A stretch of DNA of 61,693 bases, counting the filler, from Diploschistes diacapsis (lineage: Eukaryota): assembly GCA_023645945.1 (NCBI GenBank). It is 4 parts of 4 records of this genome, joined end to end, with 100 filler letters (N's around TTAATTAATTAA, not from the genome) between each part and the next. Parts side by side here need not be neighbours in the genome. Positions count along the whole stretch, not along the records: positions 1 to 15,420 come from JALAIB010000552.1; 3 more parts are not named here. The stretch is one strand, 5' to 3'. Below the pieces are notes generated by a model, which worked only from the letters and a program-made list of their open reading frames with translations, was not told the origin of the DNA and searched no databases. This document shows, in pieces, positions 1 through 10,529 of the stretch; positions within the stretch are counted from its first letter, which is position 1; every line of letters starts with the position of its first letter. Made by a program: the position numbers and the translations under genes.

Positions 1-2734
1 CCCCGCCCCCAAGCTCCGGATCCTTGGCCACCGCCTGCCAAACCCCGCCATGCCTCGGCTCCCTCTCCACGCACTTGGCCCACACGTCCGCCCTCTTCTC
101 CTCGGTGCCGTGCATCTCCAGGAAGCGACAGTACCACGCCCAACAGTCGCCGTTGTCGGCGTCCAGCAGTATCGCCTTCTCGAACCAGCTGGCCGCCTTG
201 TCCAGCCTGCGCTCGGCCCAGAAGATGCGCGCCACCGTCACGAACAGCAGCGCGTCGTTGTCCACCTTCTTGATGGCCTCGAGGCAGCGCGGCTTGCGCT
301 GCGTGCGCGCCTCCAGGTGCATGATGCTCTCGCTCCACAGCATGCCCGCGCGCGCCGGCTCGACGTCCTGCAGGGCGCGCGCCATCAGCGCCTTGGCCTG
401 CGCCGTGTTGCCCGACCGCCGCTCGATGCGCACCGACTCGGTCCACAGCTCCGGATCCTTGGGCACGGCCAGGCGCGCGCGGTCCAGCACCGAGCGCGCT
501 TTGACCAGCACGCCGGCTTTTTCTTCGAGCCGCGCGAGGAGCAGCCAGAGGGGCACCGATTTCGGGCAGGCGCGGGTGCCGGTTGAGTAGGCCTCGCGAG
601 CCTGCGGAATCATCTTCTTGCCTTCGTATATCTGGCCTTTTTGCATCCAGAGCTTCGCGGCCGAGGGGTAGAGCTGCAGGGCCTGCGTGACGAGGTCGAG
701 TGCCGAGTCGGCGTTGCCTGTGCTCCGCTCGAAAGCGACGGATTTGATCCACACGCGCGCTGTGCCGGCTTCTTCGCGAGCAGTCTTTAGAAGCTCGCGC
801 GCTTGGTCCGTCTGGTTGCTGTCCGCTTCGAGCTTGACGGCCGCCAGCCAAATATCTTCGTTATTCGGGTTCTGTTTGAAAGCCCGGCCAAGCACACGGC
901 GCGCCTCGTCGATGGCACCGGCCTGCCACTTTTCGCGCGCAAGCTGCATCCAGAGGACTTCGGACTGAGGGCAAGCTTCGACGGCCTTCTCCAGGAGCTG
1001 CCAGAGGGCCTCCTTTGTGCCGTGGTTTTTCTCGAGATCTGCGGCAGCTTGCCAGATAGATTTGCTGTTGACGAAGGTACGTAGGGCATAGGCGTACATG
1101 GCGCGGGCGGTTTCGTACCGCTCGCGAGAGATGCTCTGCTTAGCGTCCTCCATCCAAATCTCTTTACGATCGTCGTCTTCATCGAGCTCGTAGCCGAGGG
1201 TCTCGCGAATGATGGCGCCGCACGTAAGAATTGCGCCTTCAGCTTCGCATTTCTCGGCTTCGGCAATCCATTCTTCACGTTTGAGCATGGCGGAGTTCTT
1301 GGCGAGCGCACGTATAGCTCGTCTCATGATGGTAACCTCGCTACCCGATTGCTCTTGTAGCCTAGCTCCAGCGATCCATACCTCGTGGCTTGTGGGTACG
1401 GCTTGCCTTGCTTTGTTGATGACGGCTTGCGCGTTTTCCGGTGTCTCCAGGCGGGCGAGAGCAAGCCAGAGCTCCACAGATAGAGGAATCAGTTCAGTAG
1501 CCTTTGCAAGCAACAGCCGCGCATCAGCGGGGTCTTCCTCGAGGTTGACAGCTTCTTTCCATAGAGCGACGGAAGTAGGCATATGATCTAATGCACGACG
1601 AAGAACTCGCTTCTTGGCTCGCGGGTCACTCTCCAGTTTCATAGCTTCTGTCCATAACCGCACCGAAGTATCGTTAGCTTTAATAGCGTTAGCGGCAATA
1701 ATCTTTGAGTTGTGCTCGTCATTGATGCGAATATTCTCCAGCCAGAGATCTTCGCTCTTCGGACACTGTTCACAGCCTCTGGTAATCAGATTTCTTGCTG
1801 CGACAGTCTTGCCCGCAATTTCCTCTACACGAGCTGCTGCGATCCAGCCTCTAGCGTTCTTGGGATTCGTCTTGATAAGCGATTCCAGAAGTGGCCTGAC
1901 GCGCTTGATATCACCGACAGGTATGTCATCTTTCTTGAATAGATTTGTAAGGTAGGCTTTGGGGTCAATGTTTGTAGCGCTACCTGCAACAGAATCCGTT
2001 CCGCCTTGAGCAGCTTGGTCAAGCCGAACTTGTAAGACCTTATCTCTTGCTGCACCAATGGCTGCAAAGTTAGTCATGGTACCGTCCGCTGTATCTGTGC
2101 CATTGGACTCGTCGTCATGGATCTTAGTATCCATCTGAGCAGCATCTCTTGCTCCAGCAATAACGCTGTCCGGCACTGCATAGAACCTTCTTTCCGCGTC
2201 CCGAGCTGTTTTGGCTCTCTTGTTCTTTCTCGTAAGATCACCCACTTCGGGGAGATTCTGCCACTCCTCGTCCGTAACTACAGCTAAAGACCGTTTCAAG
2301 TCGGCAAACTGCGCTGAAATCTTGGGATTTTGGCGCTCCTCCTCCTCCTTTGCAAGCTTCTCCTGTTCCTCACGTCGCTTCTTCCGCCTCTTCTCCCTCC
2401 TCTCGTCAATACTCTGCCATATTCGATCTGCTTCGTCATCATCATGATCAAAGACACCGTTGGCGAAGAGCCCCACCTCATTGTCCGGATCCTGATATCT
2501 ATCATCGTCGTTGTCATCGTCTTCCTTCTTCTCCGTCGCGCCATATGCTGTAGGTGGAGCTGCTCCGAGCTGTTGTGCGCGTTTCGCTAGCAGCTGTTTC
2601 ATCTGCTCTTCGCTAGGACCTTCTCTTGCTGGACCAAGATCCGATCGCGTCGTGAAGCCTGTAGCTCCACGACCAAGCCCAGCGACATAGTTTTCTGGAG
2701 CCGGCTGGCTCAAGAAATCTTTGCGAATCGACAT
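1..2734 (-). CDS. PRP6: Pre-mRNA splicing factor Prp6/Prp1 (U5 snRNP HAT/TPR protein), 3' end truncated by the contig start
   Basis: Manual translation from ATG 2734 gives MSIRKDFLSQPAPENYVAGLGRGATGFTTRSDLGPA, the Prp6 N-terminal signature, followed by HAT repeats. It is absent from the ORF track because it runs off the edge. No introns seen. Confidence 0.96.
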   Translation of the reverse strand, partial: MSIRKDFLSQPAPENYVAGLGRGATGFTTRSDLGPAREGPSEEQMKQLLAKRAQQLGAAPPTAYGATEKKEDDDNDDDRYQDPDNEVGLFANGVFDHDDDEADRIWQSIDERREKRRKKRREEQEKLAKEEEERQNPKISAQFADLKRSLAVVTDEEWQNLPEVGDLTRKNKRAKTARDAERRFYAVPDSVIAGARDAAQMDTKIHDDESNGTDTADGTMTNFAAIGAARDKVLQVRLDQAAQGGTDSVAGSATNIDPKAYLTNLFKKDDIPVGDIKRVRPLLESLIKTNPKNARGWIAAARVEEIAGKTVAARNLITRGCEQCPKSEDLWLENIRINDEHNSKIIAANAIKANDTSVRLWTEAMKLESDPRAKKRVLRRALDHMPTSVALWKEAVNLEEDPADARLLLAKATELIPLSVELWLALARLETPENAQAVINKARQAVPTSHEVWIAGARLQEQSGSEVTIMRRAIRALAKNSAMLKREEWIAEAEKCEAEGAILTCGAIIRETLGYELDEDDDRKEIWMEDAKQSISRERYETARAMYAYALRTFVNSKSIWQAAADLEKNHGTKEALWQLLEKAVEACPQSEVLWMQLAREKWQAGAIDEARRVLGRAFKQNPNNEDIWLAAVKLEADSNQTDQARELLKTAREEAGTARVWIKSVAFERSTGNADSALDLVTQALQLYPSAAKLWMQKGQIYEGKKMIPQAREAYSTGTRACPKSVPLWLLLARLEEKAGVLVKARSVLDRARLAVPKDPELWTESVRIERRSGNTAQAKALMARALQDVEPARAGMLWSESIMHLEARTQRKPRCLEAIKKVDNDALLFVTVARIFWAERRLDKAASWFEKAILLDADNGDCWAWYCRFLEMHGTEEKRADVWAKCVEREPRHGGVWQAVAKDPELGGG

Positions 2735-3096
2735 TGCGAGATGTGGTAAAGCGACAAGACAAGAGTATAGAGTAGACTAGCTGCAGGACAGAAAGGGGCA
2801 GAGACGCCCTATGGAATTAAATAAACAAAAGAGGGCGAGCGTAAGAGGATGAACGAGCATCGGAGAGGTTTTGATGAGGAAACTTACGATGTTGTAGCTT
2901 CTAAACCCCGAGTATTAAACCCGAGAGCCCCTCTGGGGGGTGACGCCACCGGGGTAATAGATCTTTTGCGGAGCCTCAACTGCTGTGATTCGCCTGTTGC
3001 CTAATCAATCCAAAGTACATAAACATCCAAGATAAGTGCCCCAACACACCGTCGACAACTCGCTACATCGCACCAAACAATAGACCCATTGTAATC

Positions 3097-3547
3097 ATGC
3101 CGCCCTCACAGGTCTCGATTGCAGTTTCATCACTCAATCGCCTAGTCAAAGAAGAAAAATCTTACCATAAAGAGCTAGAGCAGCAGCAAGCGCGAGTAAC
3201 TAAGCTCGAGCAAAGCCAAGGAGATGAGAACTCAGAATACATGATTAAGCAAGAGGTACGTAACATAATTTACCAAAAGCGTCCATCTTCCCGAGCTCAC
3301 TTCGTGAAGCGGAGAGGAATCGATGAGACTAAGAAGTTGTTTCCGGAGCTCAGATCAAAGATCAAAGCAGGTATTATTAATCTAGAGCAGCAATTGGTAA
3401 GGGACATAACTTTTTGAGCCTCTCAATAGCTAATAACAAGTCAAGGAAAATGATAAGGAATCTGGCGGCGATGTCAACACTGAAGATATCACAAAGGCGA
3501 AGGAAGCGATCTCAGAAGCTAAGACAAGCTATAGGGAGATAGCATAA
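3097..3547 (+). CDS. RBL2: Tubulin-specific chaperone A (cofactor A)
   Basis: MPPSQVSIAVSSLNRLVKEEKSYHKELEQQ...ENSEYMIKQE matches the TBCA family. Introns at 3256-3309 and 3397-3445. The last exon ends ...TKAKEAISEAKTSYREIA*. Confidence 0.9.
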
Positions 3548-3670
3548 AAAATGTGCGCCTATTATTGTCCGTTGCAGCTTTGTATCTTCCGATAAACTTT
3601 GCTATGGGTATCTTTTTATTCAACCAACGCCAAACATATACCACAGCCCGACAAGAAGCCTCGAAATAGG

Positions 3671-4755
3671 TCACGATGTGTCCATATTATCGCCATTGCG
3701 GCTTTCATGATCTTCGCTAGTGTGTCCGTCAAGGTCCTTATCCTCTGCCACTAGTCCTTCAGACTCGATTTCCCCACCTTCGTCGCCCGACACTTCGCCA
3801 TCCTCGGCCATGTTAATATCATCCGGTTCTTCGAGTTGTGGCGTAGTGACTTCAAGCCGCGGCGTAGACTGGCGTAGAGGCGACTTGTCACGGGAATTAC
3901 GTGCTTGACTGACGGTTAAGGATGCGTTGTGGCCGTCACCTCCAGCAGGGGGTGGAGTAGCTCCGAGGCCTTCGGGGAGGGGTGACCCTACAGCGCTACT
4001 TCTGCCTCTTGAAGCAACCTCTGGCTCGTCTCCATCTTCTCGACCTTCCATGCCCTCTCTTCGTTCAACCTCCTCTTCCTCGTCTCTGATCTGCCGCCGA
4101 AGTTCCATGCCTTCTTCAATGATTCTCCCGAACTGTGCCCTCCGTTCTGCCCACGTCTGCGCGTATTCTATGCTCTCTCGCTCCAACTCGGCAATTTCGT
4201 TGTTCAGCTTTTCTAGGTTCGCATATTGATCTTTGCGGGGTTTGAGGAGCCTATTACTAGTAATTTTCTCCGCAAGCTCATCGTAGGTCTTTCGCAGCGC
4301 TAATTGGTTCTTGGCTTCCTCTAGCTGTAGTCGTAGCTTGGCCGTGTTCTCCCGCACATCTTGCGTCGCAGCCTGAATGCGAATCTTCTCGGCAGCATAG
4401 CGCTCGCGCTCTTGCTCATTGCTATTCAAGAGTAACTGTGTACGAATAATACTACTCTCAAAAGCGGCAAAGTCAAGTAAAAGATCCCGCCTGAATGAGT
4501 CGGGATCCTGTGGTAGTTCATCCTTTGGTCCTTTGGTTTTGATTGCTAGCTCTTCCGCGGTCATCGGCCGCTTGACAGGTGCCAATATCGAGTTCGGGCC
4601 AACTAGACGATTTGTGATGCGTTCGAACGCCTTCTTTTCGTTGTTGAGTATGCGGTTCTGGTGAAGGGCATCTGGGATGGTCAGCGCGGGAATAATAGAC
4701 GGACAGGAAGCAACTTGCCTTCCTCTGCTTGAGATAATAACTGCGCCGAAGCCAT
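3671..4755 (-). CDS. THO7: THO complex subunit 7 / Mft1-like
   Basis: Spliced N-terminus MASAQLLSQAEEDALHQNRILNNEKKAFERIT via a GC-AG intron at 4718-4672. The core FRRDLLLDFAAFESSIIRTQLLLNSNEQERERY...RKTYDELAEKI is typical of fungal Tho7. Confidence 0.88.
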
Positions 4756-5128
4756 TTTAGTATCGAAATAAAAGAGTTATCAGTATAACCTCGAATAATA
4801 GCTACTGTATGTCGCCAGTTTATCTCAAGATCTCGTTATAGAGGGGTGTACTTCACTGGCCAAGTCTAAGTTCAGGGCAGTAGTCAAAGGTCGGAGCTCA
4901 CAACCTCCGACAGGAACAGCAGGGGTTCAGGGCTAAGGTAAGGTTAGACCTGACATCAAGATCCCGCCGCATGCATATATCCAGCCCAGTTCTGGATAAG
5001 AGCAGACATAGGGGGAGAAAACGTTTCTACTCAATTTTTATATTGACTACAGCCTTTTTTGGGGAACCCCTCAGTCCTGTAACCTGGCCTTCGCTACAGC
5101 TGTTGAAACGAGCAACTGTCTATTCACA

Positions 5129-6484
5129 ATGCCTGCACCCTCACTACTAGACCTTTGCAAGCGGCAAGCAGGCCGGATGATCAACCGTGAGTCTCAATGC
5201 CCTGTGAACACCACTCACTGTCTTTCTAACATTTGCCAGACATCGATGACTTCGGCTCAATGCCTTATCGCCTCGCCAAACCCCTCCTCATCAAAGTCCA
5301 CACCGCTGAGCAGTTGGTCAGTACCCGCCGTGCACAGAGCCTTAATCATACCCATACTAACCATTCCACAGCACCGCATAGAGCAAAACTCCCCCCACTT
5401 CATCGGCGACACCCACGAGCTTTGGCTCGACCTCATAAAGCGAGACGTTCCCAACTGGCGCTCGAAGCCGCACGAGCCCTCCAACCCCGCATCCTGGCAC
5501 AAAGTGTACCGCAAGCTCGTACGCGAGTCCGACAGGGAAGTCGACGAGGACGCACAGATCCTCCAAGCTTCGCTCAAAACCATCGAAGAAGAGCGCCTGA
5601 AGCGCACCTCCAAGGTCGTGGATTCTCGGACCGTGCCGAAGCTACCGCGGATGCACGGCATGCGAGTCGAGGGCGTCAAGCACGCCCGCTTCGTGCACGA
5701 GAAACCGAGCGATCTGCGCTTCACGAGTGGCTCGAAGACGAAGATGGTCACGGGCCGCGACGTGCTGGAGCGGGCGCGGCGCGAGGCGCGCGAGCGCAGC
5801 CATTTCACGGGCAAGAACGCGGTGCTCGCGCGGCCGAGCCACAGGCTCGGGGAACGGGCGACCACGGTGCGGCACGCGCCGCAAGGGCTAGTGGAGTCGC
5901 ACCACCGGCCTGAGAATCCCGCGGGCAGCGTGCCGGATGGGTTCAAGGTAATTGCGCCGCGCAAACGAAGTACCGCCGCCGCCGGACCCATGCGCGCTGC
6001 GGACCCGAACGTCCCGCACAAGTTCACGGCGGAGGAGCGCGAAGCTAGGCTCAGAGCTATAGCGAGCGGCAAGCCGCTGCCTGCGTCCGCTTCCTCCTCA
6101 TCAACGCCAAAACCCTCCCTCGCCAACCTCCCAGCAGCACAAAAACGCAAGCGCCAAGGCCCATCCGCATCCGTCAACGACCTCTTCGACGACACAGACA
6201 CCCTAGATCCAAACCCCGACACCGCCGCAGACGCCCTCTTCGACGACGCCGCCCGAGCAGCCGGATTCAGCGGGCCTAGCACCACGACGCCGCCGCAGGC
6301 TAAGAGGCGTAGGAGTAATAGCAATAGCTCGCCCCACAATACCGGTGTCACTGGCGGTGGGGGTGGGAGTGGGAGTGGGCATGCGGGTGGGAGCCCGGCG
6401 CCTGCGGATAGGAGGCCGAGGGCAGCGGTGGCGAAGGCGGCGGTGGATATCTTTATGCGGAAGCCGAGGAGGGCGGTGCGGTGA
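5129..6484 (+). CDS. ELA1: Elongin A (RNA pol II transcription factor SIII subunit A)
   Basis: BC-box-like MPAPSLLDLC. After removing introns 5187-5239 and 5317-5371 it reads IDDFGSMPYRLAKPLLIKVHTAEQLHRIEQNSPHF...ELWLDLIKRD...SWHKVY. Confidence 0.87.
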   Translation: MPAPSLLDLCKRQAGRMINRESQCPVNTTHCLSNICQTSMTSAQCLIASPNPSSSKSTPLSSWSVPAVHRALIIPILTIPQHRIEQNSPHFIGDTHELWLDLIKRDVPNWRSKPHEPSNPASWHKVYRKLVRESDREVDEDAQILQASLKTIEEERLKRTSKVVDSRTVPKLPRMHGMRVEGVKHARFVHEKPSDLRFTSGSKTKMVTGRDVLERARREARERSHFTGKNAVLARPSHRLGERATTVRHAPQGLVESHHRPENPAGSVPDGFKVIAPRKRSTAAAGPMRAADPNVPHKFTAEEREARLRAIASGKPLPASASSSSTPKPSLANLPAAQKRKRQGPSASVNDLFDDTDTLDPNPDTAADALFDDAARAAGFSGPSTTTPPQAKRRRSNSNSSPHNTGVTGGGGGSGSGHAGGSPAPADRRPRAAVAKAAVDIFMRKPRRAVR

Positions 6485-7509
6485 GGTGCGGTGATAAGAT
6501 GGGTATGCGTGGGTTTTGGGTCTGGGGGAACGGGGAAGATGGGCGTAGGGAAGAAGCGACGACTAAAGAGAGAGATGCTTTCGCGGGGGAGCAACGTGTG
6601 ATATGATTTGGTATAGCGTGGCGCATTTCGGGCTGAACGGGTATAGCGTGGATTTGGGTCTGAGTTTTCAATGAGGTACGGAGCAGCGTAGATTGGGTAT
6701 GTAATATTTTACAGCTCGATCTACGTAACAATGATGTACGTGGATATCTTACTGGTATTAACAGCAGCGCCGTTGATTATGTAGATTTTATTTTACATTA
6801 TCGGGCGCATTTTGGGAAATATACTTCGCTCCGTTCAGAATAGCCGAGGACGCTTTGTAGTAGAGCCCTTCGGTTTCACACAACGCCTTCTAAAAATGGT
6901 TCAGAGTTCACGAAGCGCACGCAGCAACTGGAAGTCCTTTAGAGTCAAAGTCACAGCTTTTTGGGAGCCAAGGCTGGGTCTACTAAGGCAGCGGTTATTA
7001 TGACCATTAATACTTGTTAGATTATAGACGCTAGGCTCAGTTGCCTCGATAATATAGAACTACTAAAATCTATATATATATATCGAATAAAAATTGACTT
7101 ACTTTCCAACTTAGAGTAAACATTATATAATCTTTTAAAGGACTTTTTATATTCTATATTGTGCTTGCTTTCATTGAAAATCCTCCTCCATGTGCTGCTC
7201 ATAGCTACTAATTACGCCATTACTAATTTCCACTATATATTGTGTGTAACCCGATTTTGCATACTGCCAAGATAACGGTCAGAATAACCGGCACCGTAAA
7301 CTAGGGTAAGATTGATTAGATGGCAGCCCTATCGGCTTGGCGGGTCGGTCGGGCGAGCAAGCGCCTGGGGTTAGAGAAAAGGCTGAAATCAACCAAGTCA
7401 CAATTTCCTTATAGCTAGCAAATTAGAAGGTACTTTTGTCTATCTAAGTACCTACACAGCTTTAAATAGTATGTAGAGTGACTAATCATGTCAAATGCTC
7501 CTTCATTAG

Positions 7510-8029
7510 TTAGCAGGAGCACCCACCCCTTAGTGCCAGGACCAGATGTAGTGTTGCGCCACCCTCAAGGTTATAGTCCAGAGCTGTCTTGTCGTCGACC
7601 CTGTTATAGCTCGCGAATTAGCACTTATGGATTCGATCTCAAACAGGCTGGGCAGGGTGATGGGGGGCCAAGAGAGAAAAGAATATGGATAGGACCCGTA
7701 TCGTACATCTGTTTTCCTCCAAAAATCAGACGCTGCTGTACCGGCGGGATGCCCTCTTTCTCCTCAACGCGCTCTTTTATGCGGGACACCTGTTATGGGA
7801 AAGGAATGTTAGCGGGGAAATTCAATGTCGTAGGCGCTAGATATAAGGTATTGCTGATAGTAACTAGAATGGGAGCATTCGGGATCATACCTTGAAGTCA
7901 GGGTCGATATCCAGTTCAATCTCCTTCCCTGTCAAGGTGCGGACTCTAGAGCGTTGCGAATTAGTCTAGTTCTTTCAAGTGTATTTGGTTGGTAGGAATG
8001 TGAGCAGAGCTAACGTACTTGATCTGCAT
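7510..8029 (-). CDS. NEDD8: Ubiquitin-like protein NEDD8/Rub1 (4 exons)
   Basis: Spliced translation [79 protein letters not shown]. Ala72 (LALRGG) is diagnostic of NEDD8. Three GT-AG introns. Confidence 0.96.
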
Positions 8030-8797
8030 ATCGTCGGTTCGGAATCTCGAGATAAGTCAAAGGATAAATGAATGAGCTTCAATAAGCTATTAATAAGAGA
8101 TGGTGTAGATAGTGGGATGTGAGTGAGATAGCTGGATGTAAAGTTTGGGATTCTGAGAGAAGAGCGTTGAGGTCGGGTTTTAAGCTTCGTAGTAGGGTAT
8201 TGGCCCGGTGATTGTGCTCAAATGCCTTTGCAAAGCGCTTGTATCTCTGGCTGTGCTGGAGATTCTTTTGATGGCTATGTTGCTGGGAGATTGACTAATG
8301 CCGCGCCAAATTCATGCCCCGCGGTACGGTTAATATTATAACAATTTATATAGCAATTATCTTCTATTACTTTGCTTTGGATCAATTATAAAAATAAATC
8401 TGAAGGTTCCAGGGAGAGCTTCAAGTATTTCAAATTTATTACATAATTTTATCTGAAGCAACCTTTGAGCTTCTGTATGAATGTGTGGTTATAGAGGTAT
8501 CTACCTAATGTGCAAATTACTATTATCGTCTACTGGGGTATCGAAATCAGCAACAGCTCAGCGCAGCCAATTTTCCGGCACATAGGTGTACCCTCAGCAA
8601 CGGAAGGCGTCTCTTTAGCGATCATGGCCCTGCAAGAAACATCGTAGATTCAATCGTAGATGGACAATACGTAGATTTTACTCACTTTTGGGGTAGATTC
8701 CTGTAAATTTACGGGGCTCCTTATTGCCGAGGTACATGTAAACCCCCTAAACTACACCTCCGCCGACTAAGCTTGCTTTGTCAGCAGCAGAGATCTA

Positions 8798-8903
8798 CAG
8801 TCAGGTGCCAAAAGTAGTTAGGTACACCATAAGCGGCAGTAAAGAGTTGACTGTTTATTTACTGCCGCTTATGGTGAACCTAACTATTTTTGGCACCTGA
8901 CTG
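8798..8903. mobile_element. 106-bp MITE, Tc1/mariner type (CAGT termini)
   Basis: 46-bp inverted repeats at 8798-8843 and 8858-8903 (44/46 identical) begin CAGTCAGGTGCCAAAA, with a 14-bp spacer. TA flanks both sides (8796-8797 and 8904-8905). Confidence 0.85.
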
Positions 8904-9558
8904 TACGTAATAGTAATCTAGGCTCCAAATCTACGACGTTTTTGTGGCAGGGGCCTAACCGTTTTCCGTAGAAAGTCAATTGCTAACGGTGCTCAAAGCT
9001 TAGCTTACAACGTTTACTATCCCCATAGGCTGGTAATGAGTAGCAGAGATAATCACGACACACTAAATACTGAGATACCTCGCAACTTGTTTGAACTGAA
9101 AACGACGAAATGGTGGCATGCCCCAACAGCCCCTCGGGAGGTAATAATGTCGCCACTAGTTGACTTAACTCTGCCTTGCGGTAGTGTCGGGAATTTAGCA
9201 TCACGTGTATAAGCGATCTTTGCAAAGACTTCCAAAAACAATACGTTGTGTCCGTCACCGCTCACCATGCGCTGCTCTACTGTATAGAAATTGGGACCAC
9301 TAGATTTAGATTATAGTCTATCTTTTCCTACGAAATTGAAGAACGATGAGTTTCACACATCAAACAACCAAACAATGGTTGAACGAGCGGTGAATTTGAC
9401 CAGTTTAGAAGCTTCGAGAATGGGTTCATTAGATATATACATTAGAATTCTATGATAGCGACAGATTGGGTATGTCCAGGATTACAGTAAGCTAATGGTG
9501 TCATAAACCATCGTAAGGGTATCAAATTTCTCCTTCAATCCCATCAACAACCAGTTGT

Positions 9559-10529
9559 TTAATGGATGGAATCGTTTCTGGTTGGGTAGGGGGCGCCAAC
9601 CTCGATGATGGCTGGACCAGCAATGACTTGCGAATCGGAGAGAGCACTGGTGACGTTGGCGTTGGTCAAGACAACGTAAGTCTGGCCGTCAGCGGTAGAC
9701 GGGATGGCAGCCGTAACGGTGTCGCCGCTAACAGTAGCCGCCACGGAGGTAATGTCGAGACCGCTGATGAATGTAGCGTACACACCAGTGGTTGGAAGAG
9801 CGGTGTTGGCGGTGAAGGTGGTTGAGGCTGGGAGATAGGTAATGCCGGTAGCGCTGGTACTCAAGGAGGGGAAGGCCTTGAATGGTAGTGGTGCGTTGCT
9901 TGATGGGCATGAAGTGATAAATGCGGCAGCAAGCGTGTAAACCTCGTTGGCACCGAGCGCTGTGCCATAAGCGTTAACTGGAGCAACCTCGCCGTTGCCG
10001 AGACTGAAACGCTGGAGGGAGGTGTGGATTGCCTCTGTGACCAAAATGGAGCCAGCCACGGCAAGGTAAGCTTTGGACTGAACGGCAGGAGCAGCTCCTA
10101 GATAAGCAGAAGTGCCAACACTAGAATATCATGTCAGCTAGGTTACGCTAGGTGCACAAGAGATACGGACCCTTCGAGGACCGAAGATAGACCAATGAAC
10201 GACTTGACGTCCGTGTAAGGGAATGAGTATTCGCAAGCAGTAACTGGCATCGCGCCGGCAGCAGCCAGTGCAGATGTGAGAAGCTCGACATGCGACTCCT
10301 CATCGTGGGAGATATACTCCAGGTTGGTGTAGTAAGCTGCGGAAAGGCCAGCAGCATGGAAATCGGCCTTTGTGAACTTGTCTAGGGCGCCCTTGTAGAA
10401 GACATTTTCAAGGTGCTCGAGAGTGAGCGCAAACTGCAGGATATCGGCATCGGTGATAGCTGCCTGGCGCTTGACGACTGGCGCTGCGAGGGCCGCAGAA
10501 GCAAGGGCTAGAATTGAAGAGAACTTCAT
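9559..10529 (-). CDS. rds1: Secreted Rds1-like ferritin-like (Ferritin_2) protein
   Basis: Signal peptide MKFSSILALASAALAAP followed by a KR site; TDADILQFALTLEHLENVFY; HDEESHV. One intron joins LEG|VGTSAYLGAA...AGSILVTEAIH. Confidence 0.88.

Noticed and set aside
5257..6594. 445-aa antisense ORF over ELA1, and similar shadow ORFs over PRP6, MCM6, GCP4 and LanCL
   Set aside because: Expected antisense shadows of GC-rich coding sequence; no recognisable domains.
7000..7260. AT-rich patch between ELA1 and NEDD8
   Set aside because: Possibly a RIP-decayed TE scrap, but no termini or coding remnant could be identified.
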